From: an uncultured Micavibrio sp.
GTDB taxonomy: Bacteria > Pseudomonadota > Alphaproteobacteria > Micavibrionales > UBA2020
Direction of reading: 5' to 3'
Assembly (NCBI GenBank): GCA_964534445.1
Contig: CAZHOE010000001.1
Coordinates: 38,493 to 102,492, forward strand
DNA length: 64,000 nucleotides
Of this stretch, positions 46,807 to 56,887 are shown in pieces. A program made the position numbers and the translations under genes. The notes under the pieces were generated by a model. It worked only from the letters and a program-made list of their open reading frames with translations, had not been told where the DNA came from and searched no databases. The first letter of the stretch is position 1. Each line of letters begins with the position of its first letter.

Positions 46807-47436
46807 TCAGCACCGAACCGCGGGGGCTTGGGCCAAGACAGGATTGGCGTTTTGCGCTTTGGCGTTAAAGCCGTCTGCGGGTTTCCACTTTATCGCGTTT
46901 TGCGACTGGATGCCGTTTTGCATTTTTTCAGATGAAAAATAATGTACGGGCTGGCTCTGATCCAGCGTCCCGTTTTTTATGGCGCGCACAAGTTCGGACA
47001 CAGAGCGCGCGGCATAATCTTGATGGTCTGTACTGCCAAACCGTGTTTCGTTTGTGCCGTCATCCCAGAGGGATAAAACTTTTTGACCGGGCGCCGTATA
47101 ATAGGCGCCGAGAATTTCCGTGCCAAAAGAAACCTTTTCCTGCGCGCCCAAACGGCCATCCAGAACGACAGAGATATTATTATCTTTAAGGTAACCAAGA
47201 TCTTTTGTATTGCAGAGCAGGAGCACATGCTTCAGACGCGTTTGATAGGCCGCATCTGCATAATGGATGTCCGTATCTTTGGCTGTGTTTTGAGAAACAC
47301 TGGCGGCGGTATTTTCAATCAGGTTGTCGACAATATCGTTTTTGAAATCTTTGTCGGCCTTGCTGCCGCACCCGACAACGGCCGCCATGGTAAAGGCGAT
47401 GCTGAGCGTTTTTAGGTATTTATCCAGTTTTGACAC
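46807..47436 (-). CDS. lipoprotein, function unknown
   Basis: Lipobox AAVVGC after an N-terminal hydrophobic segment. Confidence 0.7.
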   Translation of the reverse strand: MSKLDKYLKTLSIAFTMAAVVGCGSKADKDFKNDIVDNLIENTAASVSQNTAKDTDIHYADAAYQTRLKHVLLLCNTKDLGYLKDNNISVVLDGRLGAQEKVSFGTEILGAYYTAPGQKVLSLWDDGTNETRFGSTDHQDYAARSVSELVRAIKNGTLDQSQPVHYFSSEKMQNGIQSQNAIKWKPADGFNAKAQNANPVLAQAPAVRC

Positions 47437-47608
47437 GATGTATTCCCCCCGCCGAACGTCTCACCCATTTAGCCAATATTACCAGAGGTATTATATTATG
47501 TCAATAAATCTTGACCTAAGGCATTGTTTTATAATAATATACAGGCTGCACAATGTATCGGGCGATGAATAAGCGTGATGCCCGAAAAAAAAAAGAAAAA
47601 TAGGCATA

Positions 47609-48040
47609 ATGACCATTCACATCATCAAACTCTCTGTCGGCACGGAAAGCTTTGCGGATCTGCGGGATCGGCAGCGGGCGCGGCTGGAGGCGTTGCGCGC
47701 GGCGGGCAAGGCGGCGGAGTTGATACATGTCACGCGCCAGACGCCCAAACGCGCGGCAGAGGTGCTGGATGGAGGCTCGATTTATTGGGTGGTGAAGGGC
47801 TTTGTGGTCGCACGGCAAAAAATGCTGGAGCTGCGCCCGCTGGAAATCGACGGCATCGCGCATTGCGGGTTGATTTACGCGTCCGAGCTGATCCCCGTGC
47901 GCAGCCAGCCGCGGCGCGCGTTTCAGGGCTGGCGGTATCTCAAACCCGAAGATGCCCCCGAAGACATTCCGGAGGGCAGCGGCCACGAAGACCTGCCCGA
48001 ACATATGCGGCAGGAGCTGCGCGCACTGGGCTTATTATGA
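47609..48040 (+). CDS. DUF1489-family protein
   Basis: MTIHIIKLSVGTESFADL..IYWVVKG..RRAFQGWRYLKPEDAP resembles the alphaproteobacterial DUF1489 pattern as I recall it. Confidence 0.7.
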   Translation: MTIHIIKLSVGTESFADLRDRQRARLEALRAAGKAAELIHVTRQTPKRAAEVLDGGSIYWVVKGFVVARQKMLELRPLEIDGIAHCGLIYASELIPVRSQPRRAFQGWRYLKPEDAPEDIPEGSGHEDLPEHMRQELRALGLL

Positions 48041-48130
48041 GTTTTTCTTCCACCGGCCTTTTCCGCGCAGGGTTTTCTTTTCCGCCGCAGTAGTATTCAA
48101 TATGTATCCGCATTTTTTTGGAAAGGGGAT

Positions 48131-49123
48131 GTGATGCATTCGTATAAAACTTTTTTGAGTGCTGTTTTCTTTGCCTTTTTGACTGTTTGCAGCTTTGCGG
48201 TGCAGGCGGCGGAAACGGGAGCCTTGACGCAGCACAGCTTGCAGCAGGGTGACCTTGCGCGCGAATATCTGGTCTATGATCCGCGTGCGGGCAGCGAGGG
48301 TGCGGCCGCGCAGGATAAAAAGCGGGCGCTGGTGATTGCGCTGCACGGCGGCGGCGGGACGGCCAAAAGATATGCAGCGGCGAAGAAGGATGATGCGTCT
48401 TTCACCAAGCTGGCGGACCGCGAAGACATTCTGGTTGTTTTTCCGCAAGGGGTGGAGAAAAACTGGAGCGACGGGCGCGATGTGGCGCATATTTCTGCGC
48501 ATGCAAAGGGTATTGATGATGTGGGTTTTATTTCCCGCCTGATTGACGAGATGGTCGCCACACGCAACGTCGACCCTGCACGCATCTATGCCACGGGGCC
48601 ATCGAACGGCGGTTTCATGTCGAACCGCCTTGCCTGCGATCTGGCCGATAAAATTGCCGCCGTCGGTATTGTGATTGCCACGATGCAGAAAAATGTTTTG
48701 CCGAAATGCAAACCGTCGCATCCGGTTTCCGTCCTGATCATGAACGGCACGGAAGATCCGCTGGTGCCCTTTGACGGCGGATCGGTGCAAGGGATCGGCA
48801 AACGCAGCAAACCGCGCGGGGAGATTTTATCCACCGCCGATACGTTTGATTTCTGGTTGGCGCAGGCAGGTTATATAGGCAAGGGGGCAGACCTGCCCGT
48901 GACCGACCTGCCCGATGTAGATCCCAAGGATAAAACCCGCGTTTATTTGCAGCAATACAAGGGCGATGGGGCAGAGGTGCGTTTATATACCGTCAAAGGC
49001 GGCGGTCATACATGGCCGGGTGCGCGCGATACGCTGCTGCGGTTCGTTGTCAGCACCATATCGCAGGACATCAATGCCACGCAAACCATCTGGGATTTTT
49101 TTAAAGACAAGCGGCGCGACTGA
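48131..49123 (+). CDS. secreted PHB-depolymerase-family (LpqC-like) esterase
   Basis: Signal peptide, LVIALHGGGGTA and nucleophile elbow ATGPSNGGFMS. Confidence 0.8.
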   Translation: MMHSYKTFLSAVFFAFLTVCSFAVQAAETGALTQHSLQQGDLAREYLVYDPRAGSEGAAAQDKKRALVIALHGGGGTAKRYAAAKKDDASFTKLADREDILVVFPQGVEKNWSDGRDVAHISAHAKGIDDVGFISRLIDEMVATRNVDPARIYATGPSNGGFMSNRLACDLADKIAAVGIVIATMQKNVLPKCKPSHPVSVLIMNGTEDPLVPFDGGSVQGIGKRSKPRGEILSTADTFDFWLAQAGYIGKGADLPVTDLPDVDPKDKTRVYLQQYKGDGAEVRLYTVKGGGHTWPGARDTLLRFVVSTISQDINATQTIWDFFKDKRRD

Positions 49124-49129
49124 GCGGAT

Positions 49130-49480
49130 CTAGTCGGTGACTTTTTTGACAAATTCGGATTTCAGCCCCATTTCGCCGATGCCGGGGACTTTGCAGTCGA
49201 TGTTATGATCCCCCTCCACAAGGCGGATGTTTTTGACCTTCGTGCCGACCTTGACAACGGTGGATGACCCTTTGGCGCGTAAATCCTTGATCACGGTTAC
49301 CGTATCGCCGTCTTGCAGCAAGACGCCGTTGGCATCGCGTACAACGGCTTTGCCGTCACTCGCATCCCCCGCCTGTGCCGCAGCCGACCATTCATGCCCG
49401 CAGGTCGGGCAATTGAAAAAGCCGCGATCTTCATACGTAAAGGTGGACTGGCATTCAGGGCAGGGTGGTAGCGTGCTCAT
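49130..49480 (-). CDS. yjdM: zinc-ribbon protein YjdM/PhnA
   Basis: [25 protein letters not shown] plus the C-terminal SH3-like block [35 protein letters not shown]. Confidence 0.9.
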   Translation of the reverse strand: MSTLPPCPECQSTFTYEDRGFFNCPTCGHEWSAAAQAGDASDGKAVVRDANGVLLQDGDTVTVIKDLRAKGSSTVVKVGTKVKNIRLVEGDHNIDCKVPGIGEMGLKSEFVKKVTD

Positions 49481-49680
49481 GGGTTTATGCTTTCATAAGA
49501 TGGGGCAAAAAATTGTTGTGCCATTCTACGGCATTTGTGAAGGTGCGGGCAAGCAAAGGTATATTCGTACGGTTCCGGTGCGATTAACGGGTTGACCTTG
49601 GCGCCGAATTTTTGTTCTCTGGAATCAGGGAAAATCCCAGGGGGCAAGGTTTGGCACAGCAAAAAAGAGTAGGCATCATC

Positions 49681-50589
49681 ATGCCCGTCCGTGATCCGCA
49701 AAAAGCCGTCGTGAACGGCAGCGGCATCGTATCCGCCGCCGTGCGGGATGATTTTCTGGCGCAGTTGCAGGATGTAGACGTTATTCCAGTGACGCTTGAC
49801 GGCGCCTGCGTCAAGAACGGCAAGGTTTATGCGGGCGGCGTGTGCCTCTCCGATCTCGATCTTGTTTTCTGGCTCTATTACGTCGGCGATAACTTTTTTG
49901 AATGGGACATGCTGCAGATGCTGGCGCAGGTAACGACGGTATTGCCAAACCCCGAGGCGGCTTTTCACGCCCGCAACAAATTTTATGCCCATACGCAAAT
50001 TCGCAATGCCGGTGTGCTCACGGCAGATTTTTGCGCTTTCCCAGCGGCCGATGCCGAAGCGATGGCGGAAAAGCTGCAAGACTGGGGCGATGTGGTATTA
50101 AAACCCGTGCACGGCGATTTCGGCCACGGCATTTGCAAAGTGTCCAATATCCGCAGCTTTGTCGATACGATTGCCTATGCGCAGTCTTTTTCGCGCGAAC
50201 CGCTGCAAATTTTTTGCGAGCGTTTCGAGAAAAACGATATCGCCCAATGGATCAGCGCCACGGTGATCGACGGCACGGTTGTTTTCGGTTATCGCAAGCG
50301 CCCCAATGCTTTTGTGGAGGGCTGGAAAGTTTATGATGCGGGGCGTATCGGCGGCAATGCCGATTATGTCGACCCCGCGCCCGTGCGGGATCTTGCGGCG
50401 GCGGCAGCAAAGGCGCTCGGCTGCGACATTATCGGCTTTGATCTTATTTTCTCCGAGCGGCATCAGGGCTATGTGATCGTGGATGAAAACACACTGCCCG
50501 GCATGTATGCCGATTGCTTCGAAGCAGCAGGTACGGGCACGCTCGCCGACCATCTCGCGCGTATGGTGCTTAAACGTATTGGCGAATAA
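49681..50589 (+). CDS. ATP-grasp (RimK-like) ligase
   Basis: VVLKPVHGDFGHGICKV and GFDLIFSERHQGYVIVDENTLPG. Start taken at MPVRDP. Confidence 0.7.
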   Translation: MPVRDPQKAVVNGSGIVSAAVRDDFLAQLQDVDVIPVTLDGACVKNGKVYAGGVCLSDLDLVFWLYYVGDNFFEWDMLQMLAQVTTVLPNPEAAFHARNKFYAHTQIRNAGVLTADFCAFPAADAEAMAEKLQDWGDVVLKPVHGDFGHGICKVSNIRSFVDTIAYAQSFSREPLQIFCERFEKNDIAQWISATVIDGTVVFGYRKRPNAFVEGWKVYDAGRIGGNADYVDPAPVRDLAAAAAKALGCDIIGFDLIFSERHQGYVIVDENTLPGMYADCFEAAGTGTLADHLARMVLKRIGE

Positions 50590-52393
50590 CGTCGATAAAC
50601 GTTTGCCCGTATTTTTTCAATTTACGCTCCCCGATGCCATGCACCAGCGCCATTGTTGACATGTTATCGGGTTTCAGCGCGACCATATCGGCGAGCGTTT
50701 TGTCGTGAAAAATCACATAGGGCGGCACGTTTTGCGCGCGCGCCAGTTGCATGCGGGCTTCTTTCAGCGCGGCAAACAGGCGCTGGCTGTCGGCATCGTC
50801 GGCAAAAACATCGGCAGCCATGCGGCGGCCGTCGCGGCGCGTGGCGCTGGCTTTTTCCGGCTTGCGCAAGTGCAGGGACTGTTTTTCCTTCAGGAAGGCA
50901 CGGCCTTCCGCCGTCAAATGTAATCCGCCGTGCTGTACGTCGGCGGCCAGCAGGTTATAGGCGATCAGCTGACGGAAGATCGCCTGCCATTCCTGTTTGG
51001 TATGTTCCGTGCCGATGCCGAAGGTGCTGAGGCTGTCATGTCCGTTTTCCTGCACGCGCGGGTCGAGCGCGCCGAGCAAAACGGTAATGAGATAGCCCAT
51101 GCCGTAGCGCTGTCCCGTGCGGTACACGGTCGACAACGCCTTTTGCGCGGCAATGGTGCCGTCAAAGGTTTCGGGCGGCGCAAGGCAGGTATCGCAATTG
51201 CCGCAGGGCGTGCCTTGATCGCCGAAATAGTCGAGGATGATCTGCCGGCGGCAGGTCGGCGTTTCACACAGGCCGAGCAGGGCGTTCAGCTTTTGATGCT
51301 CGATCCGCTTTTGTGTATCGGGCGCGCCGGATTCTTCGATGAAATTGCGCTGCATGGCGGCATCCTGCGCGCCGTAAATCATCAGGGCTTCGGCGGGCAT
51401 GCCGTCGCGCCCCGCGCGGCCGGTTTCCTGATAATAGGCTTCGATATTCTTCGGGATGGTCATATGCACCACAAACCGCACATCGGGTTTGTCGATCCCC
51501 ATGCCAAAGGCGATGGTGGCGACCATGATGACTTTTTCTTCTTTTAAAAAAACTTCCTGATTTTTTGTGCGTACCTCGGCCGGCAGACCGGCGTGATAGG
51601 GCAGGGCCTTGAATCCCTCGCTTTGCAGCCATTCAGCCGTTTCTTCGGTCAGGCGGCGCGACAGGCAATACACAATGCCGCTGCTGTCGGGGTGGTTATC
51701 GCGGATAAAGCGCAGCACCTGCGTGCGCGCGTTGTTTTTGACGGCAATGCTGTAATGAATATTCGGCCGGTCAAACCCGGCAATGAACTGGCGCCCGTTT
51801 TCCAGCTTCAGGCATTCCACAATATCGCGGCGCGTGGGCGCATCGGCGGTGGCGGTCAGCGCAATGCGCGGCACTGCGGGGTAACGCTCCGCCAGCACGG
51901 ACAGCTGTTTGTAATGCGGGCGGAAATCATGCCCCCATTGCGAGACGCAATGCGCCTCGTCAATCGCAAACAGGGCAACGGGTGCTTCGTCCAGCAAATG
52001 CAGAAAGTCATCCATCAACAAACGCTCAGGCGCGACATAGAGCAGGTCAAGCCCGCCTGCCATCAACGCATCTTTGGCGGCGATAATCTCGCCCCCTGCC
52101 AGCCCCGAATGGATCGCAGCGGCGCGGATGCCCAGTTCTTTCAAGGCATCCACCTGGTTTTGCATCAGCGCGATCAGCGGCGAGACGATAATGCCGACCC
52201 CGCTGCGCAGAAGAGAGGGGATCTGGTAACACAGCGACTTCCCGCCGCCCGTCGGCATCAAGACAAAGGCATGCCCGCCCGCGGTGACATGGTCAATGAC
52301 CGCCGCCTGCTCCCCGCGGAAATCGGCATAGCCGTAGGTTTTTTGCAGGATGCGAATGGCGTCATCGCGGGAATTTTGAGTTTTTTGGGGCAT
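50570..52393 (-). CDS. recQ: ATP-dependent DNA helicase RecQ
   Basis: PTGGGKSLCYQIP, DEAH box FAIDEAHCVSQWGHDFRP, zinc cluster CETPTCRR..CGNCDTC and an HRDC-like C-terminus. Confidence 0.95.
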   Translation of the reverse strand: MPQKTQNSRDDAIRILQKTYGYADFRGEQAAVIDHVTAGGHAFVLMPTGGGKSLCYQIPSLLRSGVGIIVSPLIALMQNQVDALKELGIRAAAIHSGLAGGEIIAAKDALMAGGLDLLYVAPERLLMDDFLHLLDEAPVALFAIDEAHCVSQWGHDFRPHYKQLSVLAERYPAVPRIALTATADAPTRRDIVECLKLENGRQFIAGFDRPNIHYSIAVKNNARTQVLRFIRDNHPDSSGIVYCLSRRLTEETAEWLQSEGFKALPYHAGLPAEVRTKNQEVFLKEEKVIMVATIAFGMGIDKPDVRFVVHMTIPKNIEAYYQETGRAGRDGMPAEALMIYGAQDAAMQRNFIEESGAPDTQKRIEHQKLNALLGLCETPTCRRQIILDYFGDQGTPCGNCDTCLAPPETFDGTIAAQKALSTVYRTGQRYGMGYLITVLLGALDPRVQENGHDSLSTFGIGTEHTKQEWQAIFRQLIAYNLLAADVQHGGLHLTAEGRAFLKEKQSLHLRKPEKASATRRDGRRMAADVFADDADSQRLFAALKEARMQLARAQNVPPYVIFHDKTLADMVALKPDNMSTMALVHGIGERKLKKYGQTFIDVIRQYV

Positions 52394-54464
52394 AGCTGAA
52401 CCAATGGCGTGTCATTTTTGAATAGCACTGAAGAAGTTTCATTCTTTCACTGCGTTTTTCATGTGAAAACCTATTATCGCACATAAATTCTTTATGTTCT
52501 GCCCATATCTGATTTAAAAGCGCAGGCGGTATATGGATGCCATGATACGCAGCCGCAAAGGGTTTTATAAGAATGTTACGTTCAACATTCTTTTTATTAT
52601 CTTTATCCTTGGCTTTTGTTTTTCGTATGAGTGACAGGTATTTTTTGTAGAGGTCTATTTGCCCTTTTTCAAGCAAGATTGCATCTAGGGTGGGGAAGAA
52701 TACTGTATTACTGCTGATTTCCAGATACTGCTTGGCAGCTTTGGGAAGTTGTTTTTCCAACAGCAGCCAATTTTCTTCTTTGGCGTAGGTTTCGGCGGTT
52801 TTATATTCGGCCATGTCGTTTTCGATTTTGTATACACCCCAAAAGTCTGGGCTCACGGCTGAAAATATCGTTTCTCCTGTGCGTCTCGATATTTTGTCTG
52901 TAATCGGACGGTGCTTGTTGCGACGGGGTTTGAGCCATTCGCGCGCGGCTTTCTCTCCATCGGTAAGGGACTTTAGAGTCGCAATGCCGGCATATAACCG
53001 TTGGAATTCAAATTCAGGATCGGCAATGATTGTTTCCACGGTTTCATGCATGCGATATTCCCTTTTCTTGTTTAAAAAGTTTGCAGGGCGAAGAATGTCC
53101 AGCAAGCTTACAAGATACTCGGAAATGGAACGGGATACATCGGGGGATGCCGCTGCTGCGAATTTGCCGATGTCTACATATATGCGCAGCGTGTCAGGCA
53201 CATCACTGTAGGGCGGGTAGGTGCCTGATTCTTCCGAATAAAGAGCCGGATCGGTTGCATGTCTCGCTTTTATTTCCTCCCGGAAAAGAGCATCGTCTTG
53301 CATGTCTTCGAGTGTTTTTTTTGCAATAACATTTGCATCTTCTTTGTTCTCCAAGGCGCGCAGAACTTTGTGGTATGACCGCATACGATTTTTATAAAAG
53401 GCGAGGGGATCTTGGCGCTGGCTTTCTATACTTTCATATTGCCCTTCGGTGTTTCCTTTAATCAGCTCTATGGCCTTTTCCGGCTCACCGCCGAGCGCAT
53501 AAAAATACGCGGCATCCAGCGGGTGAAAATACTTTGGTTTTGCCGAAGGATCAGCGGCAATTTTTTTGAACTGAGCAAGGTTATGCTGTACTGCCGTTTC
53601 TGCCATCCATAAAGAAACTTCGAGATTGCCTGCTTTTGCTGCAGTGAGGGCATTCCTCTCAAGGGTATGCTGTTTGCTTGTGGTAAATAAATGTAAGCTT
53701 TCATCCATCTGTTCGAAGAGTCTTTTAAGCGCGGGCTGTGCATTTTCAGGATCGGATTCCAACGTATAGATGAACACGCGGCTGAGAAATTCTTCGTAAA
53801 GGCTTTGCGCATGATAGTGAAAGCAACGGGCGTAATGCTGAACAAGCGGATCTTCCCAATAGTTTTTAAGAAAATCGGCCGTATCAAATGCTTTTATGAT
53901 GTCGTTGTTTTTGAGGTGGACTAGTGCGACATCTTGAACCATGGTGGGGTGGTTATATTCTTTGTTGGTGCACGATGCTCGAAATCCTTTGGGCACATCC
54001 TTCTCCTGCCACTGGGTATAGGTCTTTTTGATGAGATCCATGGCTTGGTCGAGTTGATTTGTGGCAATAAGTACTTTCACAACAGCGTCAACAGGGGCAT
54101 TTTTTGTTTCGATGACCATCTGCTGTAATGCTGGCATATCCTCTTCCTGTCGGCTAACCAGAAAACGCATTTGAAGATGCTGTGCACTCGGTTTATCAGG
54201 TTTTACCGAGAGCCTGTCTAAATAAGCCTGTGCCAAGGCAGGGCTCTTGGCTTGCAAAGCCATGCCTGCGATTTTTGAAGCGATGCTCTTCCGTTCTTTT
54301 TCTGTACTGCCATCGGCAAGCAACATGATTTGTTCCGCTATGCAATCCGGATTCATGCGTTCGGCGCAGGGGAATTTTTCTTTTTCGGTAAAGAAGGGAT
54401 AGATTTGAAATGCCAAGGCAAGTATGGATGCCAATAATAGAGCAAGAGTGGCTGTGATGCGCAT
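52362..54464 (-). CDS. hypothetical secreted helical-repeat protein (700 aa), AT-rich gene
   Basis: Signal peptide MRITATLALLLASILALA, then all-helical TPR-like composition. The stop lies 32 nt inside the recQ start. Confidence 0.6.
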   Translation of the reverse strand: MRITATLALLLASILALAFQIYPFFTEKEKFPCAERMNPDCIAEQIMLLADGSTEKERKSIASKIAGMALQAKSPALAQAYLDRLSVKPDKPSAQHLQMRFLVSRQEEDMPALQQMVIETKNAPVDAVVKVLIATNQLDQAMDLIKKTYTQWQEKDVPKGFRASCTNKEYNHPTMVQDVALVHLKNNDIIKAFDTADFLKNYWEDPLVQHYARCFHYHAQSLYEEFLSRVFIYTLESDPENAQPALKRLFEQMDESLHLFTTSKQHTLERNALTAAKAGNLEVSLWMAETAVQHNLAQFKKIAADPSAKPKYFHPLDAAYFYALGGEPEKAIELIKGNTEGQYESIESQRQDPLAFYKNRMRSYHKVLRALENKEDANVIAKKTLEDMQDDALFREEIKARHATDPALYSEESGTYPPYSDVPDTLRIYVDIGKFAAAASPDVSRSISEYLVSLLDILRPANFLNKKREYRMHETVETIIADPEFEFQRLYAGIATLKSLTDGEKAAREWLKPRRNKHRPITDKISRRTGETIFSAVSPDFWGVYKIENDMAEYKTAETYAKEENWLLLEKQLPKAAKQYLEISSNTVFFPTLDAILLEKGQIDLYKKYLSLIRKTKAKDKDNKKNVERNILIKPFAAAYHGIHIPPALLNQIWAEHKEFMCDNRFSHEKRSERMKLLQCYSKMTRHWFSYAPKNSKFPR

Positions 54465-54615
54465 GTCGGCCTGCTGTGAATTGGGGCTAATCTATTCATT
54501 ATACGGCAAAAAAGCACAAAGGTGATGCCTTAATATCGCTTGAACCGCGCGCGTCATCTGCTTGTCATTTGATTATTTTTCTTTTATAGTCAAAGCCTTA
54601 CAACAGAGGTGCGGG

Positions 54616-55584
54616 ATGTCTGACAACAAGCAAAAAGAAAACGAGACGAAGGCGGCGCTGCCGCTGAGTGATCCGGAAATCGCGGCAGATAAACTTAAAA
54701 CCGTGCGCGATTTTTTGCGGCATGCCGTCAGCCGCTTTACCGAGGCGGAATTGTTTTACGGTCACGGCACGTTTACGCCCTATGACGAAGCGGCCTATCT
54801 GGTGCTGCAGGGCTTGAACTTGCCGGTTGATCAGCTGGAGCCGTATCTCGATGCGCGGCTCTTGCCGCAGGAGCGGCAAAAGCTGGCGGAACTGATCCAT
54901 GCGCGCGTGACCACGCGGAAGCCCTTGCCGTATTTGCTGAACCGCGCCTGGCTCGCGGGCGTGCCGTTTTATGTGGATGAACGCGTGATCGTGCCGCGCT
55001 CTTATATTGCCGAGCTTTTGCATACGGAGATTGTGACCGAAGGAGATTTCGGCCTGATTGCCGACCCGTGGGATGTTTCAGCGGTGCTGGATTTATGCAC
55101 GGGTTCGGGCTGTCTTGCCATTCTGGCCGCGCATACCTTTCCCGCCGCGACGGTCGATGCGGTGGATCTCTCGCCCGATGCGCTGGCGGTGGCCGAGATC
55201 AACGTCAATGACAGTTTGCACAAAGACCGCATCGCGCTTTATCAAGGGGATCTCTTCGCGCCGCTCGCGGGCAAGAAATATGATCTCATCATCACCAACC
55301 CGCCCTATGTGGATGCGGAAGATATGGAAGACATGCCGCCCGAATACCTGTTCGAGCCGCGCATGGCGCTGGCCGCCGGTGACGACGGGCTGGATATCGT
55401 GCATCGCATTCTCAAAGAAGCGCCCCTCTATATGAACGACGGCGCGATCATGGTGCTGGAACTGGGCTATGGCGGCGAGGCGCTGCAAGAAGCCTATCCC
55501 GATGCGCCGTTCAACTGGATGGATACCGAAAACAGCACCGGCGAGGTGTTCTGGATCACCAAGGAACAACTGGAAGCCCTGTAA
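54616..55584 (+). CDS. prmB: ribosomal protein L3 glutamine N5-methyltransferase PrmB
   Basis: Collinear with E. coli PrmB: FYGHGT, FYVDERVIVPRS, LDLCTGSGCLAI, ITNPPYVDAEDM. Confidence 0.85.
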   Translation: MSDNKQKENETKAALPLSDPEIAADKLKTVRDFLRHAVSRFTEAELFYGHGTFTPYDEAAYLVLQGLNLPVDQLEPYLDARLLPQERQKLAELIHARVTTRKPLPYLLNRAWLAGVPFYVDERVIVPRSYIAELLHTEIVTEGDFGLIADPWDVSAVLDLCTGSGCLAILAAHTFPAATVDAVDLSPDALAVAEINVNDSLHKDRIALYQGDLFAPLAGKKYDLIITNPPYVDAEDMEDMPPEYLFEPRMALAAGDDGLDIVHRILKEAPLYMNDGAIMVLELGYGGEALQEAYPDAPFNWMDTENSTGEVFWITKEQLEAL

Positions 55585-55664
55585 ACAGGCCTCTCGCGCC
55601 GCCCCGTTTTGCGGCGGGCGCGGTTTGCGGTATAATGGGACAAGGGACAGGGGAAGGAATTTTC

Positions 55665-56117
55665 ATGCAAAAACTGGAACTGACGAATGCGGATCATGAC
55701 CTGATTGCCGCGGCTTTTGCCACCGTCAAAAAACCGATCCGCCAGATCGAGGGATACAAAGCGCCCGCCAAGGTCTGCGCGGCGCTGCGGCTGGATGACG
55801 GGGAGATTGTGACCTCCCTCAACATGACCGCCGATGTCGGCAGCCTGTCCATGTGCGCCGAACCGCAGGCGATTGCCGAAGCAAACCGCCGTCTGGAGCG
55901 CACGATTGAAACTGTCGTCGCCGTTTATTATCCCGCAACAGGCATCCCTAAAGTCATCCCGCCCTGCGGCCGCTGCCGCGAGATCATCACCGATTTCTCC
56001 CCCGGCGGTTTCGTCATCATGCGCGACCCCGGATCGGAAGACATCTACAAAGTCCGCTCCGTCGACCTGCTGCCCTATAAATACGGCGATTACTGGCAGG
56101 ATGGGGAGTTGGTTTAA
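55665..56117 (+). CDS. cytidine/blasticidin-S deaminase-family protein
   Basis: Zinc ligand motifs CAEPQA and PCGRCRE. About 150 aa. Confidence 0.75.
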   Translation: MQKLELTNADHDLIAAAFATVKKPIRQIEGYKAPAKVCAALRLDDGEIVTSLNMTADVGSLSMCAEPQAIAEANRRLERTIETVVAVYYPATGIPKVIPPCGRCREIITDFSPGGFVIMRDPGSEDIYKVRSVDLLPYKYGDYWQDGELV

Positions 56118-56127
56118 TTAGTATTTC

Positions 56128-56844
56128 TTAACTCGGGGCTCTTTTTAGAAGATCAATCATAGCTTTTTTTCTCTTCATTGGTTCCTCTTCGAGCCTGTTG
56201 AAAATTATATGGGGATGTTCAATAAGAGACTTTAACGGCTCTGGAGAGCTTCTTTTATCAATTTTGATGTGAAAAATTAAATTGACGAAGTTTAATTCGT
56301 AAAAGAGCCTGTCGCCATAATGGTCTGTTTTTAACTTTCGTGGATAAAGATTGCCGGTATGCTTTTCAAGTCTAAATGCAGAGAAGCTATATTCATCAAA
56401 GTCGAAGTCTTTATCGCTTATTAGGTCTTCTTTTATTCTATCTTCATAAGGGCCTAGACTGATTTGAGCGAACTCTGGGAGCCTCGACACAGAAGCTTTC
56501 CACAGTGTGTAGATTAAAAATTGTTTAACTGCCTTTTTATATTTCCCATCAAGTTGGAAAGCAACCTCATCTTTTTTATCGTTAAACGGGATAAGGTTCT
56601 TCTCGAATTGGTGAAGCAGAATCTTGGCAGCTTCTGAATCTATATCTTTGAAATCATCTTCGCATTTTCTGCATAAAATTTTATTATCCCATGAGCCTGT
56701 ACGCCTTCTTTTGGGGTGCTGACCAAGGCCGTATATTTTGCGGTCATTTTGTCCGTCGTGGTTGAAAAAAGCTTTGGGTATGATATGGGATTCCGCAAAA
56801 GTGGGGTCGGGTATACCGCACCACCTGCATTGTACAGTTTCCAT
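56128..56844 (-). CDS. AT-rich orphan with an N-terminal CxxC..H..CxxC (HNH-like) module
   Basis: Start taken at METVQCRWCGIPDPTFAESHIIPKAFF..ILCRKCEDDF. The longer ORF-track start would overlap the upstream gene. Confidence 0.5.
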   Translation of the reverse strand: METVQCRWCGIPDPTFAESHIIPKAFFNHDGQNDRKIYGLGQHPKRRRTGSWDNKILCRKCEDDFKDIDSEAAKILLHQFEKNLIPFNDKKDEVAFQLDGKYKKAVKQFLIYTLWKASVSRLPEFAQISLGPYEDRIKEDLISDKDFDFDEYSFSAFRLEKHTGNLYPRKLKTDHYGDRLFYELNFVNLIFHIKIDKRSSPEPLKSLIEHPHIIFNRLEEEPMKRKKAMIDLLKRAPS

Positions 56845-56887
56845 TATAAATTGTCCGCTCTGTCCAAGGTTATATGCGGTCTCAATA

